Assembly (NCBI GenBank): GCA_043228905.1
Contig: JBHGNT010000003.1
Location: 23,808,001-23,872,000 of the forward strand
Direction of reading: 5' to 3'
DNA from: Azolla caroliniana
Lineage: Eukaryota > Plantae > Polypodiophyta
Length of the DNA: 64,000 nucleotides
Shown here: positions 41,936-54,315 of the stretch, piece by piece
Numbering within the stretch: the stretch's first letter is position 1
How the letters are laid out: the number at the start of each line of letters is the position of its first letter
Made by a program: the position numbers and the translations under genes
The notes under the pieces: model-generated
Databases searched by the model: none
The model's input: the letters and a program-made list of their open reading frames with translations, nothing else
What the model was told of the DNA's origin: nothing

Positions 41936-42860
41936 AATTAGAATTAGAATTTTTATCGTCCATAAAGAGGCCAATTTTGACCTATGGGACCTAAGTATAC
42001 ACGTGTTCTTGATATGTGTCTCCCTCCTAAGAAGGGGTATTCATACATTGAAGCACAAAGTCTCTATGTGTGAATAAAGCATGCACATATGAGCTCAACC
42101 TTCTCAGTGGTATCTTAAGTATGGCGCTTAAGTTATCACTCTGTCTTAGTATGTCAACATATCTTGAACGAATTGCACTATATGTCAAGCATGTGAAGAG
42201 CAAGTGACGTTCATCCTCTACCATGCCTTCATTGCATACTTTGCATGTCTTCAAATTAGTTACATTTTGATACCATGATGCAACTTCAATACCTAACTTG
42301 TGAGATCGAGTGCGAAATAGTGTAAGGGCTCTACGAGCATTACTACTCATATTAGTAATGAGATAAGGTTGGATACGATCAATAAGCATTCTTGCTTTAT
42401 ATTGAAACCAACATTCAGGGTTGACATTTGCAATGTAGTATTCTAGTTTTGTCCTCTTAGCATCTTCCCACGTCATCCTTAATGATTCCACCAACCTGTC
42501 CTCAATCATCACATATTGCATAGCATTGCCCGAAAGATCTAAAAGATCATCCAAACCCCATCTTCTAAACCACTTCCTTATGTCAACAACCCAACCGGAT
42601 GAGAGAATCTTACTTTTATGATTCTTTTGTAGCTTACATCCAACATTCCAAGCAATATGTGGTAATCGATGATTCGACATATTCTTGACTTTTGTAATGT
42701 ATTTATATACTCTTTGGAGTGCCAATAGCTCTATGGGTCGAACACTTGTTTCCAAGAGCATAACCTGGTAAGAGGTAGTGTATTTAACTCCTAATTGCCT
42801 GCTTAAAAACATCTTTTGAATTTTCTCAATCTCATTCCATGCATTAAGGGAGATGGTGCC
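41936..42860 (-). mobile_element. RTE-clade LINE, 3' part
   Basis: C-terminal ORF with FRTRSHKLGIE and CKVC...EDERHLLFTC; short (TTCTAA)n-like tail near 41936-41950; continues at 55949. Confidence 0.8.
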
Positions 42861-43934
42861 AAAACGATGGCGGCCGGAACGATGACAGAGTCAGCGTACA
42901 ACCGGCCAGAGACACGCTGGACAAAGACGACCGTAACAGCGACATTGATGTCGAAAAGCGACGGGGACGTCGACCAAAAACGACGGCCGAATAGGGCCGA
43001 CAAGATCGGTGACAGAGACATCTGGACAGAGATGGCCAGACGGGCTAGACAGCGGAAAGAGCGGCCAGAAGGGCCGGAAACCGGTCGAAACAACGAGAGA
43101 TGGAGACGGACGAGCAGCCAAAGAGTGGCCGAGGAGCGGCCGAAGCGGCCATAATAGCCGAACAGTGGCCGGAGTGGCCAAACGGGCTGGACAGACGACC
43201 AACCACGACAACCAAACAAAGACAACGCAGAGAAGAAAGAGGTGGACATACAAAAAATAAGAAGAAGCGAGAAGAGAAATGCAAGGAAGAAAAAGAAGAT
43301 GTCATGGAAGAAGAGAAAGGCATGAACAGACAGACACGAAGTGGAAGAAACTGAGATAGAAGAAGAAAGAGAGAGGAGGAAAAGAAAGACAGGAAGAGGA
43401 GAAGAAGCAACGGTTAACACCAAGAAGGAGGAAGAAGATGCAGACAACACGCAGGAGAAAACGTAAGAAGACAAACAATAAAAATAAAATAAAAAAATGA
43501 GAGGGAAAAAGAGAAGAGAGGGGCATGCGAAGAAATTTTAAAATGTTGAGGGTAGCAAACTAAAATTTCAGAAACTTGGGGGTACTGAATGAAATTTTCA
43601 AAACTCGAGGGTACATATCAAAATTTTAAAAAAAGAAAACGACACCGCCAAAATTTTGAAAATCCCCAAGACTACTCACACACACTCAAAACAAAGGAAG
43701 AACATACATATACATGACATGATTTTGGACCCATCACGAAGTCCGTAAGTCGACAGAATGAGAATGTTCGTGTCGCGGAAAGATTTGCGGACCGACAAAG
43801 ATGTTCGAGTCAAGCACTCCGATCGAGGGAGTCAATCGTTGAAAGGACCGATGGAAGTTTCGGTCGAAGAAATATCATCATCAAGGCATGTGGGATCGAC
43901 GTGCAAGGCACTTTCCCACAAGTGTGCCATATTG

Positions 43935-44227
43935 TGTTACCCCGTACGAGATGTACGGAGAGTCAAGTGTGATGATCAAGGGTCGAATGTTATCATGATG
44001 TTGTTGTGTATGTGTAGGAGGCATAAATGTAATTGTGAGTCTATACGTATGTGAACACATGCACACGTGTGTGCATGTGGATGGATACGAGGAGGTGTGA
44101 GTGAGTGTCCAGTATGAATGCTCAATGGGGCTTACACCCCTATGTATCTACCCCCTCTTGTACTATTTAACCCCTTATGGGGAATGAATGAAACATGAAT
44201 GAACATTTCTCTCTATCTCTCTTTTCA

Positions 44228-44267
<40 letters not shown>

Positions 44268-44507
44268 CCTCAACGTTGAACCCCCTTGGGAGGGGGGGTG
44301 GAGCCATTCTAGGCACCACCCCCCACCCCGCAATGCTCATCAATGTCATCCTTACCCCGCAATGCTTCTCAATAATTCTCAACATCTTCATGTCAATCTC
44401 TCTCACCATCATACTCTTCATCATCTTTGCTATTTCACCATGTCTATCTTCGTCATTGTTAACCATCATCATCCTTAACCCTAACCCTAACTCTAAAACC
44501 TACAACA
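43935..44507 (+). mobile_element. LTR 'Z' (~570 bp) of a non-autonomous LTR family, preceded by a truncated internal region (42861-43934)
   Basis: Starts TGTTAC directly after the same ~45-bp motif that precedes LTR Y; CTATTTAA TATA-like box at 44163; ends AACA then PBS. Confidence 0.6.
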
Positions 44508-44512
44508 CTTTT

Positions 44513-44529
44513 TGGCGACCACGATGGGA
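44513..44529 (+). promoter_or_regulatory. Primer binding site, tRNA-Arg-like
   Basis: TGGCGACCACGATGGGA immediately after LTR Z; the same sequence follows the inverted LTR Y on the minus strand (~55490-55506). tRNA assignment from recalled plant tRNA-Arg 3' ends, imperfect match. Confidence 0.65.
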
Positions 44530-45111
44530 TCCCCCTTTGGAGACGGAGTCCAAGAATGATACGTGGCGATGCAAGAAAAGCAACAAATGATGGCGATGAT
44601 GTGTAGGAACTGTACAAGTGAGTGAGAAATTGAAGATTGACAATGTATTCGTCACAAAACAAGACAAGGAATCGATGAATCGACAAAGAAGTGTTAAGCA
44701 TCCCTCATCCATGTTTAGTCATAAGCAGAGACAAATATATCCTCTGATGTGTGTTAAAGTAGAGACAAATTTGTCCACAGTTTACAAGTTCAAGCACAAA
44801 TGTGTCTCCTCATTATCACCATTTCAATCCTCATCATCACATCCACCTAGATCATTCTTAACGAAGAGGGAGAAGATGATGATCACGATAAAGGCGAATA
44901 TGAACACGAAATGATGTGTGGTTTGTGCAATTATGCTTCGTTGACAAAGATAGGGAAGGACGGAGAAATAAACGCACAAACAAATAGAGACGATTGAAGG
45001 GCCCGAAAGAAAGTGATGGTCGTACGGCCAGAAGGACCGAACAGAGCCAAAGACAAAAACGGTTAGACACAGCCGGACCGCGGCCAAAACGGAGGCCAGA
45101 AGAATGGCCGG

Positions 45112-45899
45112 TGTCGAGTTATTACGCAAGTGCGTGTGGAAACGAGGCGGGACCGCGGGGGTCTCGAACCAAAGAGCAAGCGAGGGAGGAGAAAGAGAGA
45201 GAACCGGCTACGCAGGACCGGGAATACACAGGGACACGGCCCTTCAGCACAGAGAACGCGAACGAACACCGACACAGACAGATGCGAATGACTAAATATA
45301 TATATCAAGAATGGCTAACACGACTACAACCCTCGATGGGGCACAGGTTGGTTACAACCGAGCAGGCCGGCGAACAGATGCCGATGCCTGTTCGCTTCGA
45401 CGCACAAGGGGTAGCCGGTCGGAGGTGCTGCCGGAAGCACTCGGGCGTTCCTCGAAACAGCGCAAGCCTCCTCGGAACCCTGCACAGAAAGCTATGGAGC
45501 TCAAGAAGGAAGGAAACAGAGAGAGAAGCGTCCAGAAACGGTCCGACAGCACTTCGTCCTCTCTGCGCGAGATCCCTGCAATAGCTCTTTCCTGCTCCTT
45601 ATATAGGCCGACGAGCAGGCCGTCATGTCAGCTCTATTCCCTGTCCCTTTTGGACAGGGATTCGCTTCGTCCTTCACGCATCCGCGTAGTTACGCCGCCG
45701 ACTCGTACAGTCCCTTCGCTCGCGCGCGCGACCGAAAAGACTGTTCGCGCGGTCTTTGTCTCCACTCGTGTTAGGGCCCGTTCCCGCCGATTATCCTCCT
45801 AATTCGCTTCTATGTACAACTCGGAGCGTGCGCGCGTGAAGAACCGGTTCCCACGCCTTGGTGCGCCGATTCCGCCTATGGACGGTTTTCTTCACGACA
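45112..45899 (-). repeat. Gypsy 3' LTR
   Basis: TGTCG...CGACA; PPT AGGTGGGGGCGGA adjoins on the minus strand (45900-45912). Confidence 0.95.
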
Positions 45900-45970
45900 T
45901 CCGCCCCCACCTAACCGTGCATCCTCCGGTATGCACCAAGAGAGTTGGGACGGAGAAAACCGGCCCGTCT

Positions 45971-48900
45971 TCATTTCTCGCCCGTCGGTTCTTCCTCGTT
46001 TTCGGATCTTTCGTCACTGCTGACTAGGAGAGCTGGGTCGGGCTCGTCGTCGTGCCGCTTCTTGAACGCTTTGATCCGCTTCCCTGCAACCGGTATCGCC
46101 ATTCTCGTGCCGTCTAGTTCCGCCAGGTGATATGTCCCGTTGTCATTGGCGCTCCGCACCACGTAAGGCCCGAACCACCTTCGCGCGAACTTCCGTGTAG
46201 CTCGGTGCTGGTTGTCGAGGCTGCTGTCGTAGACGAGCACCCAGTCACCTTCGTCGATTTTCTTCGGTCGGAGCCGGTGCGTTCGGTCGAACCGGGCTTT
46301 GTTCTTTGTCCTCGCCACCCGGAGCTTCTCCGCAGCCAGTGCCACGTCCTCCGGTCTCCGCTCGAGCTGTCGTATACGTGCGGCCAACAACTCCTCCCGG
46401 CTCATTTCGTCCCTCCAGTCGACCGTTGCCCACGAGGAGATCGTCCGTTCTATCGGCATGATCGGCTTCTGGCCGAACATGAGCTCCGTCGGCATGTACC
46501 CGGTTACCGAACTGTGCGTGGTCCGGTCTGCCCACAAAGCATAAGGTAGCAGCCGCGGCCAGTTTCCGACTTGGCCTCGGCATGCTCGAACCAGTGCCTT
46601 GACGATCGGTCCGTGTCCGCGCTCCACCTTTCCATTCGCCTCCGGATTGTACGCAGTGGTGAGCGAGAGCTTGACTCCCAGCCGGTCGAACAGCTCCGCG
46701 GCTTCTTCGGCGTCCAACTCCCCTCGGTCAGCCACAATCTTCCCGACGCACCCGTACCGGCATATCACGTCCTCGATTAGGAACCGACATACGGCCGCGG
46801 TCGTTTTGTTCGGAAGGGCCCGGCCTTCCACCTGGTTCGTCAGATCCTCCCGTGCTAGGACCAGGTACCGCATCTGTCCTACCCCCATTGGCATCGTCAC
46901 CAGATCTACCATCCATTTGAAGTGGATGGTCGGAGGGTACGTAGGGTGAAGCTCGTCCCGGTGTCGGACCACGGAGTGCATCTGACAGCTCTCGCAAGTT
47001 GTCACTAATCGGTGCACGTCCTGGTACAGTCCCGGCCACCAGTACTTCTCCTTTATCTTCTCGAACGTGGCCCAAGTTCCACGGTGTCCGGCCCAAGGGC
47101 TGTCGTGGTAGGCCGTCAGCAGCTCCTCCTGTTCTTCCTTCATCGCCACCACCCGGGGCGGAGCGTCGTCCCTCTTCTTCGGGTGTTTCCATAGATAGCC
47201 ATCCCGGAGAAAGAACCGGTACGCTTTCTTCCGGATCCGGTTGGCCTCGTCCTTCGTCCATGACGCATCGGGCGTCATTGTCTTCAAAAACCCACCGATC
47301 TGCAGCCACTCCCCGTCGTACTTGCTCGCGTCGAAGTCGTTAAGCGCCGGAGTGCTTGTCCCGTCGGTTGTTACATACGCAGTCTCGAAGAAGTCCACGC
47401 CGACCTCTTCGTCCTCCGAAACCATGCCGCCCTCGTCATCGAATCTCGCCCTTGAAAGCATGTCGGCCATGGCGTTGTCTTTCCCGGAAATGTGTCGTAT
47501 TTCCGGGTCCAGGGACTTGATGTACGCTATCCACCTGAGCATTGCCAGGTCCGGCGTCGCGCATCCGGAAACCATGCCGAGAATCGGCATGCAATCCGTC
47601 TCTATGATTACCTCTGTCCCGATCAGATAGTCCTTGTCGGCCTTCACCGCCGAAACGATACCCCAGAGTTCGCGTTTAACCTGGGCGTATCCTCGCTGCC
47701 GTTCGCTGAGGACCTTCGCGCCGAATCGGATCGGAAACCGATCGCCGTCCCCGTCTTCTTGGTTGACGACCCACCCGATTCCGGTCGGACTCGTGTCAAC
47801 CGTTATGTACACTGGGGTGCCCTTCCTGTAGACGGCCTTTCGGAGCGCCGGTGCTGCCGAAAGAGCCTCCTTCAGCTTCCGGACCGACTCCGTGTGCTTG
47901 TCTAGCCATTCGAATCTTCGCCCTTTCTTCAATAATCCGTACAGCGGCTCCGCGACGTGCGCGTAATGCGGGATCCATATGTGGTAGAAGGCGCATGCCC
48001 CCAAGAATCTTCGTACTTCCGTGACCGAGCTGCAATCAGGCTTCATCGCGGAGATGGCTTCTACCTTTGCCGGAGACGGTCTCCGGCCATACGGTCCACA
48101 TAAATGTCCGACCACCATGATTTCCGACTGCCCGAACGCTGACTTCTCCCCCGAGAAGGTGAGCCTCGCATCCTCTAGCCTTTGCAGCACCTTCTCGCAG
48201 TCGTCGATGTGCGTCACCACGAATCGCCGGCATCCGTCCGGCCCGATCGTCTCGTTCTTCTCTTCTACCGGGCATCCCTTGATCGGGATGTCGTCTAGAA
48301 ACGGCATGGTGATGTCCGGGATGCAGTCCCTCAGCACCTTGTTCATTGCATTCACCATGTGGGCCACCGAGTTGGTCCCTCCTTGCGGCAGCGTACACAT
48401 CCGCACTAGGCCGAGGGGAGTTCGCATCGTCGTAATGTCTCTGCTCTCCACGGCTAGCTGGAACTGGTCGTACCCTGAGTATAGATCACCGACCGAGTAA
48501 ATCGACCTTCCGGCGAAGGCCTCCGCGAACTCGTCTATGGTCGGTCCGATCCCTGCGTTCCGAATGGTCACCCTATTGACCGGTTGCAGGTCCTGAATGA
48601 AGCGCAATGATCCGTTTTTCTTTGGTACCGTAAACCACCGGTTCGAGTACGGGGCGCTCGACGGCTCGAGAATGCCCATATCAACTTTCTGCTTCAACAG
48701 CTCCATCAACTTCGGGATGTGAGCTCTCGGAACCGGAATTGGCTTGAGATTCCACGGTACATGCGGTACCGTGAATATCACCATCGGCTCTACGATCGTC
48801 GGGTCTACGCACCCGATTTCCTCCGGTGAGAATGCGAAGGCTTTCCCGTGCCTTCCGAGCATCCTCCGAAATCGGTCTTCCTCCGCCGGTAGTAGGAACC

Positions 48901-49449
48901 CGCCCCCACCGATCTTCAGCTCGCGGAGCGTCTCGTTGGTGAAGGTGTGTCCTATGCAGGCCGGATCTCGTAAGCTGGGGTCCGATGCAACCCCTTTGAT
49001 TCGGGATTCGCTGCCCTCCGGTAAGGGCGCCGCAACTGGCCTCACCTTCCGGTCCACAGTCTTGTACTTGGTGCTAACTCGGGCCGTCCGTTCCGACTCG
49101 AGCCATCGACCGAAGTCCGCGATGACTTCGTACATTTCTTCGGAACATACCGGTATCGTCCGGTCTTCGTTAAGGTCTTCTTCGACTACCTTCCCCAGCA
49201 TTCCCAAGGTGTCGTCGAAGGAGACTGCCTCCACGGCTCCGTTGATTTCTTCGTCAGGGCCGAGAACTCCGCACGCTCGAAGTCTCCCCTCCGTCTTTGT
49301 TTTCTCTCGGCCGGCGATGCCGACCATCGCACATGCTCCGCTGCCGGAGAAGCAAAATTTCCTACCTATTGTACACGGTTTTATCGTACAGATGTGGGGT
49401 TTTTCCGGAGCATCCGGACTGTCGCGGCCCCACGCCTTGGCAGTCCTCT
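45971..49449 (-). CDS. Gypsy pol ORF (RT, RNase H, integrase), probably entered by -1 frameshift
   Basis: DLYSGYDQ, LPQG, PFLDD (RT); VDTSPTGIG, ETDC (RNase H); HDSPWAGH...CESC, DDE core, RWFGPY (integrase); frame is open upstream of the ATG at 49327 up to the gag stop. Confidence 0.93.
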
Positions 49450-51576
49450 CTAAAAATCCTCTCGGCTTTCGGAACCGAGGGAGTCGCGGTTACGTTCGTG
49501 GTTCGGCCGTACCGTCAGAAACTGGACCGAATGGCGCCCGTCTTGGCTTTTGACCCTCGCGTAGGCCGAACCATTGTCCAGCACCTTGGTCTCCATTCGC
49601 GCCGCCGTGATGTACGGCTCTCCCAGTATGACCGGATGCGAAGACGTCTCCTGCACGAAGAAGTGCTGGTCAATCTCGACGTCGCCGATCTTGACTCGCA
49701 CATTCGGACAGGCCCCGTGCAGTTCCTCGGTGGCGCGCGTTGCTGCCCTTATTTTCCACCCGTGCTTGGTGTTGATCGGCCATTTGCCCTTCTTATAGAA
49801 GTCCATGGACATCAAATTGATCTCCGATCCGTGGTCCACCAAAGCTATCACCGGTTCCTGGACATCGCCGATCTTTACCGGGGTTTCCGTGGTCGCTCGG
49901 GCCCAGTGTGGTCTCGAATAGTGGCTTTCCGCCCACTCGTCTCCCAGCGCCATGTCGTCTAGGTGCGTCGTCCGCACTTCCACCGGTCTTTCCGGTTCTG
50001 TCTCCGTCGACAGCCTCTTCCGTTTCACTAAGTCCACGATGGAGTCATGGAACTCCTTCTTGGCGATTCCCAGCACCTCTCGTAACGACAGCTCCACCTT
50101 GCTGTCGAGGATCCGTTCCTCCAGGACCTTTCGTAAGTCCGTGGCTCTTTCTATCTCCGTCCCCAGACGGTACCCGCCCTTCTGGGGTTTATCTTGCGTA
50201 CCGGCCCCGCCGGCTTCGTCCCGTCGTGGCCCGGACCGGGTCTCGTATCGTTGTGAGGGCCCGGTCGTCCCGGGTTTCCCCACCCGCTTCTCTTCTACCA
50301 GAGCCTCGTAGTTCCGGCAAGCGGCTTCCACGAAGCCCGTCTTTTCCTCGACCGGGTCGCTCCACCCGGTCATCTCCCGTACCCGTTTCTCCGCACGGTC
50401 CGATTCCTCCCTTTTAAGCCCTGCACCGGCAAGGCCTTCTAGCATCGTCGGCCAGAATCCGGCTTTGCTTTCCTTTCGGGCCTCGCCGCCCCCGACTCGA
50501 ATGCCGGCCGACGCCGAGTAGTGGACGGTTTCCGCGTGTCGGGCCGCCGCCTCTTCCATCAACCTTTTCATACCACCTCGCCCGTCGTTTCGGCTCAGGG
50601 CCCTTCGGGTGTCGCTGGCATGCACCCGTCCTTCCCACAGGTACACCACCCTGTTCCTCAGCGCCTCCGCGAAGTCGCCGCAGTCCTTCCGAATGTGGCC
50701 GACTTCATCGCACCACATGCACCTGTTTCCTGCCGCCGGCCGTCGGTCACGAGCCGGTTCGCCTCCTTCCCTTCGGGCCTGCGCGATTTGGAGGTCCTTT
50801 ATCGCCTTCGTCAATTCCTCCAGCGCCGCTCCTCCGGTTGAGCCTCTGACTACGCCGGCCGAAGCCGAACCAGTTTCCAACCACTCTCGGGTCTCTTCCT
50901 TTCGCACCTGTGGCGCTGGTTCGAGCTTCCTTGCTGCGACCGAGCCCGACCCGGTTGCCCCGTTATCCGCCCATTCTCGCCGTTTGTCGAAACGGCCACA
51001 GACCTTCCTGACAGCCGCCCAGTCGGTAGTGAGCCCGTCTTCGGTTTCCAGCAAGAGGCCCACTTGCTCCCGATCCCGCTCGTCGACCGACTTGACAAAC
51101 AGCAAGACCCGGCTCGTGTCCAGGATGGTTCGGTCGAGCGCCGAAAGGCGCGCAAAGTTTTCCTCGAACTCCCGGAGGAGTGCCGACGCGTTTCTTCCCT
51201 TCCCCGGGGACTCCACCCATTCCATGAACCTTCGCTTCGAAAGCCGGAGCGCGTCGTCCAGCCCGTATTTCTCTAGGAGCCGACCTTCGAACTCCTCTCA
51301 GGTACGGCTCTCCGTCCGCACCTCGAGCACCTCCGCATGGATGCTCGGCATCGCCACTCGGGGAAATCCGGCAAGACGCCTTTCTTCCGGAATGTCCCGC
51401 ATCAGCATCTCTGCACCGTAGGACGCCAAATACCTCGTGGCATCCTTCCCATCGAACCGGCCGATCGTGCCGACGACCGCCTCAATAGCTCTGTCGAGGG
51501 CACCGGTGCCCTCGCGCGCGTTTACAATCCGATCCACGGCCGAAGCCATGGCCTCTGCAAGATCCGACCCCCTCAT
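49450..51576 (-). CDS. Gypsy gag-protease ORF with one in-frame premature stop (TGA 51300-51298)
   Basis: ORFs 51298-51603 and 49450-51225 share a frame; CCHC knuckle CMWCDEVGHIRKDC; protease ALVDHGSEINL...VILGEP. Confidence 0.88.
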
Positions 51577-51598
51577 CTTCTGCTCTTCTGCCGCCTCT

Positions 51599-51616
51599 TT
51601 CACGTCGGGTTCACCA
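51599..51616 (-). promoter_or_regulatory. PBS complementary to tRNA-Trp 3' end
   Basis: Plus strand TTCACGTCGGGTTCACCA matches the recalled 3' end of plant cytosolic tRNA-Trp; lies 4 nt from the 5' LTR. Confidence 0.85.
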
Positions 51617-51620
51617 AAGA

Positions 51621-52408
51621 TGTCGAGTTATTACGCAAGTGCGTGTGGAAACGAGGCGGGACCGCGGGGGTCTCGAACCAAAGAGCAAGCGAGGGAGGAG
51701 AAAGAGAGAGAACCGGCTACGCAAGACCGGGAATACACAGGGACACGGCCCTTCAGCACAGAGAACGCGAACGAACACCGACACAGACAGATGCGAATGA
51801 CTAAATATATATATCAAGAATGGCTAACACGACTACAACCCTCGATGGGGCACAGGTTGGTTACAACCGAGCAGGCCGGCGAACAGATGCCGATGCCTGT
51901 TCGCTTCGACGCACAAGGGGTAGCCGGTCGGAGGTGCTGCCGGAAGCACTCGGGCGTTCCTCGAAACAGCGCAAGCCTCCTCGGAACCCTGCACAGAAAG
52001 CTATGGAGCTCAAGAAGGAAGGAAACAGAGAGAGAAGCGTCCAGAAACGGTCCGACAGCACTTCGTCCTCTCTGCGCGAGATCCCTGCAATAGCTCTTTC
52101 CTGCTCCTTATATAGGCCGACGAGCAGGCCGTCATGTCAGCTCTATTCCCTGTCCCTTTTGGACAGGGATTCGCTTCGTCCTTCACGCATCCGCGTAGTT
52201 ACGCCGCCGACTCGTACAGTCCCTTCGCTCGCGCGCGCGACCGAAAAGACTGTTCGCGCGGTCTTTGTCTCCACTCGTGTTAGGGCCCGTTCCCGCCGAT
52301 TATCCTCCTAATTCGCTTCTATGTACAACTCGGAGCGTGCGCGCGTGAAGAACCGGTTCCCACGCCTTGGTGCGCCGATTCCGCCTATGGACGGTTTTCT
52401 TCACGACT
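51621..52408 (-). repeat. Gypsy 5' LTR
   Basis: Copy of 45112-45899 with one internal substitution (~51724) and terminal A>T at 52408. Confidence 0.95.
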
Positions 52409-52541
52409 CCGGATAACGGCTGAAGAGCGGCCGGAATGGCCGAACAACGGCTGAAGAGCAGTCGTGCAATAGTCAGAACAGTCGGAATAGCCGGACAGTG
52501 GCTGTAGCAACCGGAGCGGCCGGAGGGTCAGACAAGGGTCA

Positions 52542-54254
52542 ATGCAGCCTCCCTCGGTCAGCCAAGAAGAAGCGCAAGGGGAACCAAGACAGCAGGGTGG
52601 TCCACGGGCAAAAACGGAACTGCAACTCGGCGCAACCAGGCGGGACCACCCCTCTACAAGTGAGCCCATCTGTCAAACCTCCGTGCAAGCACAACAAGGC
52701 ACCGGTAGCCTGTGGCTCCGGTGGATAGGTGAACAGATAGCCGGAGCAGTGGGGTATATTGAGGTGGAAGAAAGAGCGCAAAGCAAACGGTTGCTCGTCA
52801 CAACCGAAGAACTAGAGACGACCCGGTCCAAAATCTGGTGCCTTGAAAAAGACTTGGATCAGGTCACGACAGAGATGGCCAAAATGGCCTTAACGACAAC
52901 ACAAATCCAATCACCGGTGACTCCGGTAAGTGTACAGAATAAAGAAACGGAACGACTTGTACATAGCAATAAGACCCCGGCAACGGAAACCGTTCCGGCG
53001 AGAGATGCGGCGCAAGCCCAGGAGCTTGCGGAATTAAAAGATGAACTTGCCGCACAAGAAGCGCTAAGGAGCCGTGAACGAGAATTGAAGACGGTGGCCG
53101 AAGACGAATTAAAGAAGACTACTGAGAACCTCCGCCGGGCAGAGGAGAGCCTCCGGAAAGGCCATCAAGCGTACGACTGGCTAAAGGGTGAGAAAGACAA
53201 AGTGTTGCAGGAAAAGGACAAGCTGCGGAAAACGGCAAAAACAGAGATTGAACGGCTAAAGGAAGAGCTCCGTCAGCAGAAGGATCGCGAGGACCGGGCC
53301 CGTCGTCAGATCAACGCACGGCTCAAGCAAAAGACGGATGATTTTGAGCACCTGCATCGGGACTACAAACGGCTGGAAACGGAGCATAAAGAACGGATGG
53401 CCGAGCTCCAACAGGCAGTTGATCGGGCCGCGACGGCGATCGCCGATGAACGGGCGGAAAATACAAGACGCTTGGACGAGGCGGAGAAGGTCCGGATGGA
53501 GCTCCAGAGGCAGCAGCAGGAAGACAAAGAGAGAGCGTCAACAGTATTGCAGAAATTACAAAGCACATATCAAAGGCAATTGACGCATTACAAGGCGCAG
53601 GCGGAGGACAACGTCAAAATCATCAAACAACTGAAGGAGGAACGGCAAGCGGCGGAAACCAAATCACAATTGGGAACGAGCCGGATTCAGTCCATCCTCC
53701 GGGCATGGCTGAATCAGACAAAACACTTGATTGATGAAAGCTCCGTAAAATGGTGGACAAAGTGGGCACAAAACGCGGCGGAACTCTAGTTGCTACGGGC
53801 GGATGTGGCAAACCGGCGGAAGGAAGGAGATGATTGTTATACGTTGACTTCTGAGGACTTCACCGCCATATGGGACGAGCTGGCCGACGACTTCCAAGTC
53901 CTGGCAGATGAACAACTGGCGTAGGTCAGGCAGCTCGTAGCTCAGCTAGATGATGATAGGCTAGATGCTCAAATCTAGTTTGAAAGCTACGAGCGGTCCC
54001 GGGTGCGGGAAGAAAAAGCACAGGAAGCGGCAACAGTTAACCTTAGTGATGAGGAACCGTCGCCGGCTGAGGGCCAGCCGGGAACCAGTCAACCGGAGAC
54101 CACTACGACGCAGGGAGCAACGACGGAGACGCCGGTGTCAGAGCAACAAACGGAGGAGCAGCCGCAGCAGCCACCAACGAACCCGCCGTAGCAGACATCA
54201 ACAGAGCAGCAACATGGAGCCTCTCAAACAAAGCATTCTGGACATTTTGGATGA
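52542..54254 (+). pseudogene. Long coiled-coil ORF of the non-autonomous LTR element; 415 aa open, ~570 codons if four in-frame TAGs are read through
   Basis: E/K/R/Q/L-rich heptad-like sequence; in-frame TAG at 53787, 53922, 53976, 54189 with protein-like sequence between them; final TGA 54252-54254. Confidence 0.65.
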
Positions 54255-54315
54255 AGAATAGCAAGGGTCGGTTGTGGATTCGACGTACAAGGTACTGTCC
54301 CACGGGTGTGCCATG

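Larger units (their letters stand above)
45112..52408 (-). mobile_element. Full-length, very young Ty3/Gypsy LTR retrotransposon without chromodomain; TSD CCGG
   Basis: Two 788-bp LTRs differing at about 2 positions; PBS, PPT, gag-PR and RT-RH-INT ORFs; ccgg at 45108-45111 and 52409-52412; the empty site is present in the inverted paralog near 54900-54920. Confidence 0.96.

Noticed and set aside
44477-44492. Telomere-like aaccctaaccctaa
   Set aside because: Only about two units inside LTR Z; not an interstitial telomere array.
51599-51616. tRNA-Trp gene
   Set aside because: Only the 3' 18 nt including CCA, adjacent to an LTR; it is a PBS.
46127-52311. Many plus-strand ORFs overlapping the Gypsy element and its LTRs
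   Set aside because: Expected shadow ORFs in GC-rich coding DNA; no recognisable motifs.
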